Origin: Promicromonosporaceae bacterium
GTDB lineage: Bacteria > Actinomycetota > Actinomycetes > Actinomycetales > Cellulomonadaceae
Reading direction: 5' to 3'
NCBI GenBank assembly: GCA_009780755.1
Contig: WQZL01000001.1
Location: forward strand, 1 to 54,109
DNA: 54,109 nt
Below, one piece after another: positions 17,983 through 27,069 of this stretch. Positions within the stretch are counted from its first letter, which is position 1. Each line of letters starts with the position of its first letter. The notes under the pieces were generated by a model. It was not told the origin of the DNA. It searched no databases and saw only the letters and a program-made list of their open reading frames with translations. The translations under genes were made by a program, and so were the position numbers.

Positions 17983-18075
17983 TTCAACCTCATCCCTAAC
18001 CCAAACAGACTTGGGCGCCTTCCCCTTGTGCGCCCAAAAACCTCGGCTCGCACCGGGCCGGAAAGGAAAACAAAC

Positions 18076-18885
18076 ATGGAGAACAACATGAACACCCCTA
18101 TGATCGTCGTCACCGAGGAGAAGAACCGCCGCAAGGGTCTCCTGTGGATGGCCGGCATCACCGCCGGTGCGGTCGCCCTCGTCGGCGGCGGCACCTTTGC
18201 CCTGTGGTCGGCCTCGGATGACTTCAGCGGCGGCTCGATCACCGCTGGTGATCTGAACATCACCGTCACCGCAGAGTCCGGCATGTTCGATGTGTCTGAG
18301 GATCGCGCCGACCGGAACACCAACGTTCCCGGTACCGGCAACCTTGTGAACGACGAGTGGGCTAACGGTCTGATGGGTCACAAAATTGACACCGCCAATT
18401 GGCGCATCGTGCCCGGCGACACCGTGGCTATGGCCATCGTCGCCGACGTCGTTCTGGTGGGTGACAACATGGTGGCCGCGCTCACGCTAACCGAACTCGA
18501 TGATGAGGGTGACGGCCTGTCCGATGCGCTGAACAATCCGTTCATGGAGTGGTCTTACGAAGTCTACGTTGGCGGCGCACTGCGCGCCTCCGGTGACATT
18601 GACGACTTCTCAGAGGAGCTGCACCTGGCTTACCTGACCACCAACGTGCTCAACTCCGGCGTGTACTTCGATGACACCGTGCCGAACATCGTATTCAACA
18701 CCGACGCTAGCGGTGAGTCCGTCGTCACCGTCGTGGTTACCGGCCGCTTCATGCAGGGCACCGCCGGCGCCAACAACCACGATGCGGGCGGCGCGAAGCT
18801 CCGCGAGGCCGTGAACTCGGTCGCGGGCGTCACCGGCGCCACCTTGCACTTGAACCAGGTTCGTCACACCGGCGCCGGGTTCTAA
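18076..18885 (+). CDS. SipW-type signal peptide, TasA/CalY-like protein (probable major fibre subunit)
   Basis: GGGTFA|LWSASDDFSGGSITAGDLNI, IVPGDTV, LVGDNMVA and C-terminal LHLNQVR. Strong RBS GAAAGGAAAA and highly C-ending codon usage. Confidence 0.85.
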   Translation: MENNMNTPMIVVTEEKNRRKGLLWMAGITAGAVALVGGGTFALWSASDDFSGGSITAGDLNITVTAESGMFDVSEDRADRNTNVPGTGNLVNDEWANGLMGHKIDTANWRIVPGDTVAMAIVADVVLVGDNMVAALTLTELDDEGDGLSDALNNPFMEWSYEVYVGGALRASGDIDDFSEELHLAYLTTNVLNSGVYFDDTVPNIVFNTDASGESVVTVVVTGRFMQGTAGANNHDAGGAKLREAVNSVAGVTGATLHLNQVRHTGAGF

Positions 18886-18899
18886 ACCCCCGCCCTCCC

Positions 18900-18935
18900 G
18901 GTGCGGGCGGGCGACCTCAGGCGCCCGCCCGCACC
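18900..18935 (+). terminator. Intra-operon GC-rich stem-loop (mRNA stabiliser or partial terminator)
   Basis: GGTGCGGGCGGGCG / CGCCCGCCCGCACC perfect 14-bp stem with no U tract, directly after the major subunit. Confidence 0.7.
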
Positions 18936-18977
18936 CTCAGACTCAATTAATACCTAACTTCACTCAGGAGAAGTCCG

Positions 18978-20006
18978 ATGAACGTCACAACCATCCGGCC
19001 CGCACCGGTAGTTGTCGCGCCTCGCCGCTGCCTCAGCCGTCGCGGCCGTACGCTGGCGGGTGCGATGGGCGCGCTTCTGGTCGTCTCCGCCGGCAGTTTT
19101 GCCTACGCCGCCGGGGCCATGCCGGTATTTGAGTCCGGTGGCTCTATAGAGCAAGAGGTTGTTCACACCACGAGCGGTTGGGTCGAGTCCGGCTTCGGCG
19201 CCGCCTCATCAGATGCGGAAATCGGCGCTGCCTGGAATGGCGAGGCTCGACACATCGACTGGAAAGGTGGCCTCTTTGAGACGATCGAAACCAACTTTGT
19301 TGGCGACCGGGTGATTGTGCCCGGTGATCGCGTCGAGCGGCAGCTATACCTGACGAACAACGGCCCATCGGCGGCCGTGTTGAGCGTGCACCTTCATCCG
19401 AGCAAGAATTTCACGGACATCGCCCGCAATCCGGAACTCGCCACGGCGGTAACCATGTACTGGCAGTTGGGGAGTTTCGCCCCACACTCCAACTCATTTC
19501 ATAACCTGCACGCCCTGGGTAACCCGCAGATCGTGCAGGCTCTGGTTACGCAGGGCCAGACGATGCCACTGACCTTGGGCTTTGAGTTCCCAATCTCCAT
19601 AACCGAGCATTATGCGGCTGGAGAAATTTCCCAGCTGCTGGAGTTCGAGGTGCGGGTGCGCATGGCGGGCGAATCGGTTTACGCACCCGCCTTGGTGCCA
19701 TCGCCCACCCCAACCCTGGTGCCGACTCCGACGCCGGTGGTCACTCCGGTGCCAGCCCCACCCCAGGTGCCGCCCCCGCCGGATGACCTGCCCGTAACCG
19801 GCGCCTCCATCCTGGGCGCAGCCTCGCTGGCCGGTGCGCTGAGCATCTTCGGCTGGTTGCTGCTGGCCGGGCGTCGCCGCCGCTGTGAGGTGTGTGACAC
19901 TCCGCTGCCTCGCCGTAACCGCGGAAAAGCCTGCGAGGGTGCCCCGTTCACCTGTGAGATGGCCCTGGCCTTGGCCGCGAGCGTCAGCCTCGGAGGGGCA
20001 AGATGA
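18978..20006 (+). CDS. TasA-like domain protein with LPXTG sortase anchor (putative fibre base)
   Basis: Signal peptide, IVPGDRVERQLYLTNNG motif, Pro/Thr linker, then LPVTG + hydrophobic helix + RRRR followed by a Cys-rich tail. Confidence 0.8.
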   Translation: MNVTTIRPAPVVVAPRRCLSRRGRTLAGAMGALLVVSAGSFAYAAGAMPVFESGGSIEQEVVHTTSGWVESGFGAASSDAEIGAAWNGEARHIDWKGGLFETIETNFVGDRVIVPGDRVERQLYLTNNGPSAAVLSVHLHPSKNFTDIARNPELATAVTMYWQLGSFAPHSNSFHNLHALGNPQIVQALVTQGQTMPLTLGFEFPISITEHYAAGEISQLLEFEVRVRMAGESVYAPALVPSPTPTLVPTPTPVVTPVPAPPQVPPPPDDLPVTGASILGAASLAGALSIFGWLLLAGRRRRCEVCDTPLPRRNRGKACEGAPFTCEMALALAASVSLGGAR

Positions 20007-21861
20007 GGGTGGTATCTCCACCATCTCGGACGACGACGGGTACCCCCCAGTCTTGTTGGGCCAGGTGACAGGCGGGGAACTCGCCCTCCTTGTCACAACT
20101 GGCGGCCTTGGCCGTCACATGCAGCACGCCTGTACTCACATCAGGATTAATCCGCAGCTCACGGAACAGCTCGCCGCCGTCGCCTGCCCCTTCGAGTAGC
20201 AGCTCGGGTGGGGTGGAACTCACCTGTAACGAGGAGGCTGGCCCCCAGCGATCATCCAACATCTGTCCAGATGCCGGAGCGAACGGCACCGCCAGCCGCA
20301 GCGATCCGGGAGCGATGACGGTGGCCGGGCGCTGCGTGCGCTGCGCGCCGTGATCCAGAATCTCTCCGGCCAGGCCCGGAGGCAACGCGATTCGGGTCAG
20401 CCGGTGCGCGGCGCTCTCCACCACCAGCAACTCCACGGTGGTTGAGCCGGCCGAATCCACCTCGACAAGCACATCTGATGGTTCAGCCAAACCGGTGGCA
20501 ATGGTTGCGACCTCGTTCGTACTCGGGTCAAAACGACGCAGCGCCCCGTTGTACGTGTCCGCGATCACCACGGAACCATCGGGCAGCATCGCCACCCCCA
20601 GCGGGTGTTGCAGCATCGCCTGGTCGGCCACTCCATCGCGATGCCCGAAGTCGAACAGACCCTTGCCGATCAGCGTTCGAGTGATCGTACTTACTACCGC
20701 TCGTAGCGCCGAGGTCTCCGAATCGACCACCCAGATAGCCCCGGACTCATCCACGGCCAGGCCAGAGGGCTGGGCAAACCACGCCTCGTGCCACATCCCA
20801 TCTGCCAGACCCTCGTTGAAGGTGCCGGCGAACAGGCGAAGTTCGCTTTCTGCGGGGTCATACAGCCACAACGTGTGGTTACCCGCCATCGCAATGATGA
20901 ACCCACCGGCCGCCTCCGACCAGACCACATCCCAGGGGGAGGAAAGGCGAAGCTCACGGGAGGGATACCCGGCTTCGGGCAGGAACGCCTCGGTGTGATG
21001 GGCGTAGTTTTCCAGGCCGCCGACCATGAACTGCTCGCCAGTACCGGCCAGCGTGGTCACCCACCCGTCGGCCAGGCGCACCCCGCGCAGGGCGTGGTTT
21101 ACGGTATCGGCCACTACCACGTCATACCCAAGCTTCTCGCGCAGCTTTGCGGGCACCAGACAAAGTCCGTTCGGCTCGGAGAACTGCGGAAGTTTTCCAT
21201 CCACAAACCCGCGTTCACCGGTGCCGATGCGACGAATCAGGCTCTCCCCGTCGGGTAGCAGTTCGGCCAGAGAGTGATGCCCGGCGTCGGCGACGAGCAG
21301 GTTCCCGTTCGGCAGCCGAATGACCTTGGCCGGGAAGCGCAACGTGCCAGAGGTGGGGGCGGGCGGGGTGTAGGGACCATTGCCGCGATGCAGGGTGCCC
21401 TTGACGTCGTGATCGGCGATCAACTCGGCCACGAGCGCGGCGAGCGCCGAGGCGTGCCCTTCCCCGGCCATATTGGCAACTACATATCCCTCGGGGTCGA
21501 TGACAACCAGGGTGGGCCAGGCGCGGGCGCCGTAGGCCGACCAGGTAACGAGTTCGGGATCGTCTAGGACGGGGTGATGCACCTCATAACGCTCCACGGC
21601 GGCGGCTAGCGCAGCCGGATCGGCCTCGTACTCAAACTTTGGGGAATGTACGCCGACGATGACCAACGCATCGCGGTGCTGCTCTTCAAGTTCGCGCAGC
21701 TCATCGAGGACATGCAGGCAGTTGATGCAGCAAAACGTCCAAAAGTCGAGTACGACAATCTTGCCGCGCAGGTCGGCCAGCCCGAGCGTCCGCCCGCCGG
21801 TGTTCAGCCACCCGCGCCCCACCAACTCGGCCGCCCGCACCCTAGAAGTCTTGATTTCCAT
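19984..21861 (-). CDS. Thioredoxin-like + NHL-repeat protein (NHLRC2/SOQ1-like)
   Basis: LDFWTFCCINCLHVL, GVHSPKF and RAWPTL motifs, with NHL repeats (ADAGHH, EPNGLC, QPSGLA, QHPLGV, ADTYN). Start re-picked at ATG 21861. Confidence 0.9.
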   Translation of the reverse strand: MEIKTSRVRAAELVGRGWLNTGGRTLGLADLRGKIVVLDFWTFCCINCLHVLDELRELEEQHRDALVIVGVHSPKFEYEADPAALAAAVERYEVHHPVLDDPELVTWSAYGARAWPTLVVIDPEGYVVANMAGEGHASALAALVAELIADHDVKGTLHRGNGPYTPPAPTSGTLRFPAKVIRLPNGNLLVADAGHHSLAELLPDGESLIRRIGTGERGFVDGKLPQFSEPNGLCLVPAKLREKLGYDVVVADTVNHALRGVRLADGWVTTLAGTGEQFMVGGLENYAHHTEAFLPEAGYPSRELRLSSPWDVVWSEAAGGFIIAMAGNHTLWLYDPAESELRLFAGTFNEGLADGMWHEAWFAQPSGLAVDESGAIWVVDSETSALRAVVSTITRTLIGKGLFDFGHRDGVADQAMLQHPLGVAMLPDGSVVIADTYNGALRRFDPSTNEVATIATGLAEPSDVLVEVDSAGSTTVELLVVESAAHRLTRIALPPGLAGEILDHGAQRTQRPATVIAPGSLRLAVPFAPASGQMLDDRWGPASSLQVSSTPPELLLEGAGDGGELFRELRINPDVSTGVLHVTAKAASCDKEGEFPACHLAQQDWGVPVVVRDGGDTTLILPLRG

Positions 21862-21890
21862 AGACAGGATTCTCCCACCTGCCACCTTCA

Positions 21891-22322
21891 TCATTCTGCA
21901 GGGTTGAGGACTTGCACGTGGCGGCGGTCTTTGGGACGCAACGCGGCTTCGATCTTGGTGTCGAACGTCACGAGACGACCGCCGTAGCTGGCGGCGAGGC
22001 TGAGTAGATGAAGATCCGTAACCTGTCGGTGTCCCGTGAGGGCGTACATGAAGGCAGATTGGCCGACATTGCCCGTGGCATCCGGCCAAAAGACCACACT
22101 CGGGGCCGACAACAAGGCTGAGACTGCCTGCCGTGCCCTGGTGGGGTCTGGGTTTGCGTTGATAGACCCGTTTAGCAGCATTCGGAGCAGGCCAGCCTGG
22201 GTGATCGGGGTGGTGGCCACCGTTTCCGCCTGATTAAACCAGGTTTGCGCGCGACGATGATCCGGGTGGCCAACGACAAAAAGTGCCGTCAGCACATTTA
22301 CGTCTGGTAAATCAATTCTCAT
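21891..22322 (-). CDS. vapC: VapC-type PIN-domain toxin
   Basis: LPDVNVLTAL, TTPITQAGLLR, HRQVTDLHLLSLA and LVTFD acidic PIN motifs. Confidence 0.88.
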   Translation of the reverse strand: MRIDLPDVNVLTALFVVGHPDHRRAQTWFNQAETVATTPITQAGLLRMLLNGSINANPDPTRARQAVSALLSAPSVVFWPDATGNVGQSAFMYALTGHRQVTDLHLLSLAASYGGRLVTFDTKIEAALRPKDRRHVQVLNPAE

Positions 22323-22536
22323 CGAGCGCCGCCTGAAGAATTTCGGCGGTCAACGGTTGCGGCGATTCAAAGGCGGGCAAATAGTCGCTGCGCGGCCTGG
22401 CGGCGACGGCCTCACTGGCCAGCGCGACAAGGGTCGCGCTGGCCGGGCGTTCCGGCCACCGCGCTCGCCCGGCCGCAAGAATCTGCTCGACCTGCGGAGT
22501 CCTGGTGATGAGTACCCTTGGCAACGTGGTTGGCAT
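22312..22536 (-). CDS. Putative VapB-type antitoxin
   Basis: 74-aa ORF overlapping the vapC start by 11 nt. TACACT -10 box 6 nt before the ATG (leaderless). Confidence 0.75.
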   Translation of the reverse strand: MPTTLPRVLITRTPQVEQILAAGRARWPERPASATLVALASEAVAARPRSDYLPAFESPQPLTAEILQAALDEN

Positions 22537-22609
22537 ACTGGAAGTGTATCACCGAGCATTGCTTCGGTGAATCTCCTTGATTTTCGCGCTGATGCCGTAG
22601 GGTGACGTC

Positions 22610-23083
22610 GTGCAAAAACTTGCTTGGTTACCATCGGCGCTCTGGATGCTGGCGATTGCGTGTCTGCTCAACCTGCTGCTGCCTGCCGCAGAGATTCAGA
22701 ATCATCGCTGGGAGGACAACGAGTTGACCGTCGTTCCCCTCCGTTCGGTCGGCTTCTTTGACTCGGAGATGGTTGGGTTTACCATCCCCGTGATCGCACT
22801 GGGAATCGTTACGGTATTGAGCGGGCTGCTGGCGGCTCGCACGCTAAAAAAGGGGCCGATGATTCGTGTCGGCATTTTAGGTATCGCCCTGGCCGCATGT
22901 GTCTGGTTCGCAGGATTCGAGGCCACCACCCTTCACCACCCCGACGCCTCCGCCACGGCGTCCCGCCTCGGTGGGCACCTAAGCGGCGCCCTGGCCTTAG
23001 CCATCTTCATCCTTAGCGTCATCGCGCTCATTGTCAGCCGCAACCTGGCGCCGCTGATTCTTAAGACGCCGCCGAGCAGGTAG
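22610..23083 (+). CDS. Hypothetical membrane protein (~4 TM)
   Basis: Four hydrophobic segments; fills the gap between flanking genes. Confidence 0.65.
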   Translation: MQKLAWLPSALWMLAIACLLNLLLPAAEIQNHRWEDNELTVVPLRSVGFFDSEMVGFTIPVIALGIVTVLSGLLAARTLKKGPMIRVGILGIALAACVWFAGFEATTLHHPDASATASRLGGHLSGALALAIFILSVIALIVSRNLAPLILKTPPSR

Positions 23084-23115
23084 AGCGATCAGTTCCAGAA
23101 GCCGGACACGGCGGA

Positions 23116-23709
23116 CTACGGCCTCAGGTGTTCGTTGGCTAGGCGAGGTTCACGGCGGCGCTCGGGGCGGGCGCCATGCTTGTCGGCGTAGAAGGCGCGA
23201 ATCTCATCCATGTCGGCACCCACATCGCCGGTCAAGGTTAGGGTCGGGCCGATGCCCACCGTCCTGGTGGCGCGGTCGATGAAGCCGAGCGTCACCGGCA
23301 GATCGGCCTTGCGGGCAATGCGGTAGAAGCCGGACTTCCAGTAGCCATCGTTGGTGCGCGAGCCATCGGGCGAAATCACCAGGTAGAACCGCTCCCCTGA
23401 GGAAACCTGCGCCAAAACCTCGTCCACCACCCCGGCCGGGTTGGCGCGATCCACCGGAATGCCGCCCAGGCGGCGCATGATCGGCCCAGCCAGACCCTTA
23501 AACAGCGACTTCTTGCCCAGCCAGCGCACCGGTGCCCGGTGTCGCCAGGCCAGGGCCAGCATGTGCACAAAGTCCCAGTTTGACGTGTGCGGAGCGCCGA
23601 TCACCATCCCCGGCTCGGCCGGAAAATCGCCGTCTACGGGCGTCCAGCGGGAGCATTTCCAGTACAGGCAAGCGACCGCGTGGGTCACGGACTTTTTCGG
23701 CATGGGCAC
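23116..23709 (-). CDS. 1-acyl-sn-glycerol-3-phosphate acyltransferase family protein
   Basis: APHTSNWD (HxxxxD), GGIPVDR, SPDGSR and WKSGFYRIA motifs. Confidence 0.88.
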   Translation of the reverse strand: MPMPKKSVTHAVACLYWKCSRWTPVDGDFPAEPGMVIGAPHTSNWDFVHMLALAWRHRAPVRWLGKKSLFKGLAGPIMRRLGGIPVDRANPAGVVDEVLAQVSSGERFYLVISPDGSRTNDGYWKSGFYRIARKADLPVTLGFIDRATRTVGIGPTLTLTGDVGADMDEIRAFYADKHGARPERRREPRLANEHLRP

Positions 23710-23736
23710 ACTCTATGCGTTTGTTGCGGGCAACAG

Positions 23737-23768
23737 AAAAGGTCCCGAGCGTAAAGCGTCGAGACCTT
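23737..23768 (-). terminator. Intrinsic terminator of tRNA-Ser
   Basis: Minus strand AAGGTCTCGA...TCGGGACCTTTT hairpin with U tract. Confidence 0.7.
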
Positions 23769-23770
23769 CC

Positions 23771-23862
23771 TGGCGGACACGGAGGGATTTGAACCCTCGA
23801 GGGGATTACTCCCCTACCACCTTAGCAGGGTGGCGCACTAGGCCGGACTATGCGACGTGTCC
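23771..23862 (-). tRNA. tRNA-Ser(GCT)
   Basis: Minus strand GGACACG...CCACC-CTGCTAA-GGTGG, long variable arm, GGTTCAAATCC and encoded CCA. Confidence 0.96.
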
Positions 23863-23934
23863 ACGCGGCATCAGCCGCAAGAGACTAGGTTACCCGACCT
23901 TGCGGCTAGGATCGACTCCGGCAAAGGAGAGTCC

Positions 23935-24741
23935 ATGATTTGGTGGAAGAGAGAATCCAAGATGATCGAGCTGCGCACTCCCAAGGAGATCGAGCAGATG
24001 CGCCCCGCCGGGCGGTTTGTCGCCGACGTGCTTATGGCCTGCCGTGAAGCGGCCAAGCCGGGCGTGAACCTGCTGGAGCTTGATGCCCTGGCGCACAAGA
24101 TGATTAAAGATGCCGGTGCTACATCGTGCTACATCGACTACCACCCATCCTTCGGGGCGATGCCGTTCGGCAAGGTGATCTGCACCTCGGTGAATGATGC
24201 CGTGCTGCATGGCCTGCCCTTTGACTACGTGTTGAAGCCTGGCGACCTGCTTTCCGTGGATTTCGCCGCCGCCGTGGACGGGTGGGTCAGCGATTCGGCG
24301 CTGTCCGTCATCGTCGGCGAACAGCCGGATGCGGCTCGCCGCGCCGCCGATCAGAAGTTGATTCGCACCACCGAGGAGGCGTTAGAGGTCGGCATCAAGG
24401 CAGCGGTGGTGGGTAACAAGATTGGCGACATTTCTGCGGCCATCGCCACCATCGGCCATGCCGCCGGTTACGCGATCAACACCGATTTCGGCGGACACGG
24501 CGTTGGCCGCACCATGCACGGCGAGCCGCATGTGCCCAACAATGGCCGCCCCGGCCGCGGTTTTACGCTGCGCCCCGGCCTGGTGCTGGCCATCGAACCG
24601 TGGTTCCTAGAGACCACCGCCGAAATCTACACCGATGACGACGGCTGGACCCTGCGCAGCCAAGATGGCTCCCGCGGCGCCCACTCCGAACACACCATCG
24701 CCATCACCACCGATGGCCCCATCATCCTCACCGCCCGCTGA
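23935..24741 (+). CDS. map: Type I methionine aminopeptidase
   Basis: ICTSVNDAVLHGLP, DGWVSDSA, GGHGVG, LAIEPW and GAHSEHT motifs. Start 23935 or 23962. Confidence 0.95.
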   Translation: MIWWKRESKMIELRTPKEIEQMRPAGRFVADVLMACREAAKPGVNLLELDALAHKMIKDAGATSCYIDYHPSFGAMPFGKVICTSVNDAVLHGLPFDYVLKPGDLLSVDFAAAVDGWVSDSALSVIVGEQPDAARRAADQKLIRTTEEALEVGIKAAVVGNKIGDISAAIATIGHAAGYAINTDFGGHGVGRTMHGEPHVPNNGRPGRGFTLRPGLVLAIEPWFLETTAEIYTDDDGWTLRSQDGSRGAHSEHTIAITTDGPIILTAR

Positions 24742-24798
24742 AACAACCCTCTTCCGCGAGGTAGTAAGTTTCGGTTCTCGATAGTGAGTTCAACCTCA

Positions 24799-25674
24799 CT
24801 ACTTGGCGCCCAAATTCACTATCTCGCGGATGCGGGGGAGGGTGAGGAGGGTTTGGGCGACGCCGTCGTTCGCTTGGGTGGCCGTCACCTCGCTGGCGGC
24901 GACCTTTACCTCGGCTGGGGCGTTACCCATCGCCACGCCCCGGGCGGCCCAGCGAAGCATGTCTACATCGTTCGAGCCGTCGCCGATGGCCATCGTGCGC
25001 TCCGAGGGTATGCCTAGCCGCTGCCGCACCTTCTCCAGCGCCGACGCCTTAGTGACCCCAAGCGGGGAGACATCCATCCACGAACTCCAACCGATGGCGT
25101 AAGTGACATCGGCCAACCCAAGTTCGGCGATGGCTTGGTGGAAATCCGATTCCGGCAGCCCCACCGCTCGCACCACAACTCGCACCACCTCCTGCCGCCA
25201 CAAATCCTCTAGCGGCACGACTCGATGTACGCCGTCGAGTTCGCCCGGTGGGAACAAATCCGTCATACGGAACCCCGTCCCCACATCCTCAACGGCAAAG
25301 ATCGCCCCCGGCAGATGCTCGGCCAGCCGCCGCAGCGCCGGCTCTGGATCAAAGGTTATGGCCTCGGCAACTTCCCACATCGCCGAGGTCGGTAGTTTGC
25401 GTTGAGATCGGTCGCTCGGGTTACCGACTTCGACGCAAACTACCGACCTCACGGTGATGGCGCCGTTGGAGCAGACCATGTATGTGGCCGTGATGCCCAG
25501 GGAGTTGAAGACTGGTTCCATCGAGATCAGCGAGCGGCCCGAGGCCAGCACGATGTGATGTCCGGCCTCGACGGCAGCGCGCACCGTGTCAAGCACGGGT
25601 TGGGAGATTGGCTCGCCGAACTCCAGCAGTGTTCCATCAATATCGAGAGCGATCAGCCATGACTCGGGGGTCAC
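24799..25674 (-). CDS. Cof-type HAD-IIB hydrolase
   Basis: [27 protein letters not shown] and [11 protein letters not shown] motifs. GTGA overlap with the serS stop. Confidence 0.92.
   Translation of the reverse strand: MTPESWLIALDIDGTLLEFGEPISQPVLDTVRAAVEAGHHIVLASGRSLISMEPVFNSLGITATYMVCSNGAITVRSVVCVEVGNPSDRSQRKLPTSAMWEVAEAITFDPEPALRRLAEHLPGAIFAVEDVGTGFRMTDLFPPGELDGVHRVVPLEDLWRQEVVRVVVRAVGLPESDFHQAIAELGLADVTYAIGWSSWMDVSPLGVTKASALEKVRQRLGIPSERTMAIGDGSNDVDMLRWAARGVAMGNAPAEVKVAASEVTATQANDGVAQTLLTLPRIREIVNLGAK
25385..25450. repeat. 66-bp palindromic (REP-like) element inside the Cof HAD gene
   Basis: Arms 25385-25412 and 25423-25450 are 25/28 complementary; length is a multiple of 3. Confidence 0.8.
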
Positions 25675-26936
25675 GGTTCGAGAACCTCCAGGCCGCCCAG
25701 GTAGGGGCGCAGACCCGCCGGGACAATAACCGAGCCGTCGGCCTGCTGGTGGTTCTCCAGCAGCGCGACAATCCATCGCGTCGTGCCCAACGTGCCGTTG
25801 ATGGTGGCCACCGTGCGGGTATCTCCGGCCTCCGTGCGCTCGCGGGTGCCGAGGCGACGTGCCTGGAATGTGGTGCAGTTCGAGGTGGAGGTGACCTCCA
25901 TCCATCGCTCCTGCGTGGGCAGCCACGCCTCACAGTCGAATTTACGAGCGGCCGAGGAGCCAAGATCACCAGCCGCAGTGTCGACCACCCGGTAGGGCAG
26001 ATCGACCAGGGCGAGCATGTTCTCCTCCCAGGCTAAGAAGCGCTCATGCTCGGCGGCGGCATCCTCGATGCGGGCGTAACTGAACATTTCGACCTTGTGG
26101 AACTGATGTACGCGGATGATGCCCCTGGTGTCACGCCCGGCCGAACCGGCCTCGCGGCGGTAGCAGGCACTCCAGCCCGCATACCGCAGCGGCCCGTCGC
26201 TAAGGTCGATGATCTCGTCGGCGTGGTACCCGGCCAGGGCCACCTCGGAGGTACCCACCAGGTATAGGTCATCCTTCTCCAGCCGGTACACCTCATCGGC
26301 GTGTTCCCCAAGGAAGCCGGTGCCGCGCATCGTCTCGGGCTTGACCAGCGTCGGGGTAATCAGCGGGGTGAAGCCGTTGACGAGCGCCTGATCCATCGCG
26401 GCATTGAGGATTGCCAGCTCCAGACGGGCGCCGATGCCGGTCAAAAAGTAGAACCGGGTGCCGCTCACCTTGGCGCCGCGCGCCGTGTCGATGGCGCGCA
26501 ACCCCTCACCAAGCGCGAGATGATCGGCGGGGGCGAAACCCTCGGCCGTGAAGTCCCGCGGGGTACCGACCTGCTTGACCACCACGTAGTCGTCGGCGCC
26601 CCCGGCGGGCGCGCCCACCACCACGTTGTCGATGCGGTACAGGGTCTCGTCCAGCTCGACCTGCGCGGCACTCGCGTCGGCCTGTCGCTGCTTGACCTGC
26701 GCAGCCATCTCCTTGGTACGGGCAAGTAGCGCCTGCTTCTCGTCTCCCTTGGCCTGAGCAACCTCCTTTCCGAGCAACTTCTGTTCGGCGCGCAATGCCT
26801 CAAAGTCGGCCAGCGCCGAGCGGCGGCGGGCATCAAGGTCAAGCACCAGGTCCACCAGGGTGGGATCGGCGCCGCGGGCAAGCTGGCTTGTCCGGACAAC
26901 ATCGGGGTTTTCGCGCAACAGGCGTACATCAATCAC
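25671..26936 (-). CDS. serS: Serine--tRNA ligase
   Basis: N-terminal coiled coil, [46 protein letters not shown] and NGTLG motifs. Confidence 0.98.
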   Translation of the reverse strand: MIDVRLLRENPDVVRTSQLARGADPTLVDLVLDLDARRRSALADFEALRAEQKLLGKEVAQAKGDEKQALLARTKEMAAQVKQRQADASAAQVELDETLYRIDNVVVGAPAGGADDYVVVKQVGTPRDFTAEGFAPADHLALGEGLRAIDTARGAKVSGTRFYFLTGIGARLELAILNAAMDQALVNGFTPLITPTLVKPETMRGTGFLGEHADEVYRLEKDDLYLVGTSEVALAGYHADEIIDLSDGPLRYAGWSACYRREAGSAGRDTRGIIRVHQFHKVEMFSYARIEDAAAEHERFLAWEENMLALVDLPYRVVDTAAGDLGSSAARKFDCEAWLPTQERWMEVTSTSNCTTFQARRLGTRERTEAGDTRTVATINGTLGTTRWIVALLENHQQADGSVIVPAGLRPYLGGLEVLEP

Positions 26937-26994
26937 CCGCCCAAGCCTAGTGTGCCCGCACCACACGGCCGAAGCTAGCCGCGCCCTCCGAGGC

Positions 26995-27054
26995 GTTGGC
27001 GATTACAATCGCCAACAAGGCATCGATGACCTACAATGGCGACTACAATCGCCA
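26995..27054. promoter_or_regulatory. Two copies of an operator-like palindrome
   Basis: GTTGGCGATT-AC-AATCGCCAAC (26995-27016, perfect 10-bp arms) and TGGCGACTACAATCGCCA (27037-27054), each containing TACAAT. Confidence 0.6.
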
Positions 27055-27069
27055 CAACCAAAGAGGTCG

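Noticed and set aside
19992..20068. GGAGGGG + ATGA overlap after the LPXTG gene as the start of a sixth operon gene
   Set aside because: The frame closes after 21 codons and lies antisense to the C-terminus of the NHL protein; probably coincidental.
12290..23770. Integrative island between tRNA-Met and tRNA-Ser
   Set aside because: No integrase and no duplicated tRNA 3' end seen; the interval includes ordinary genes.
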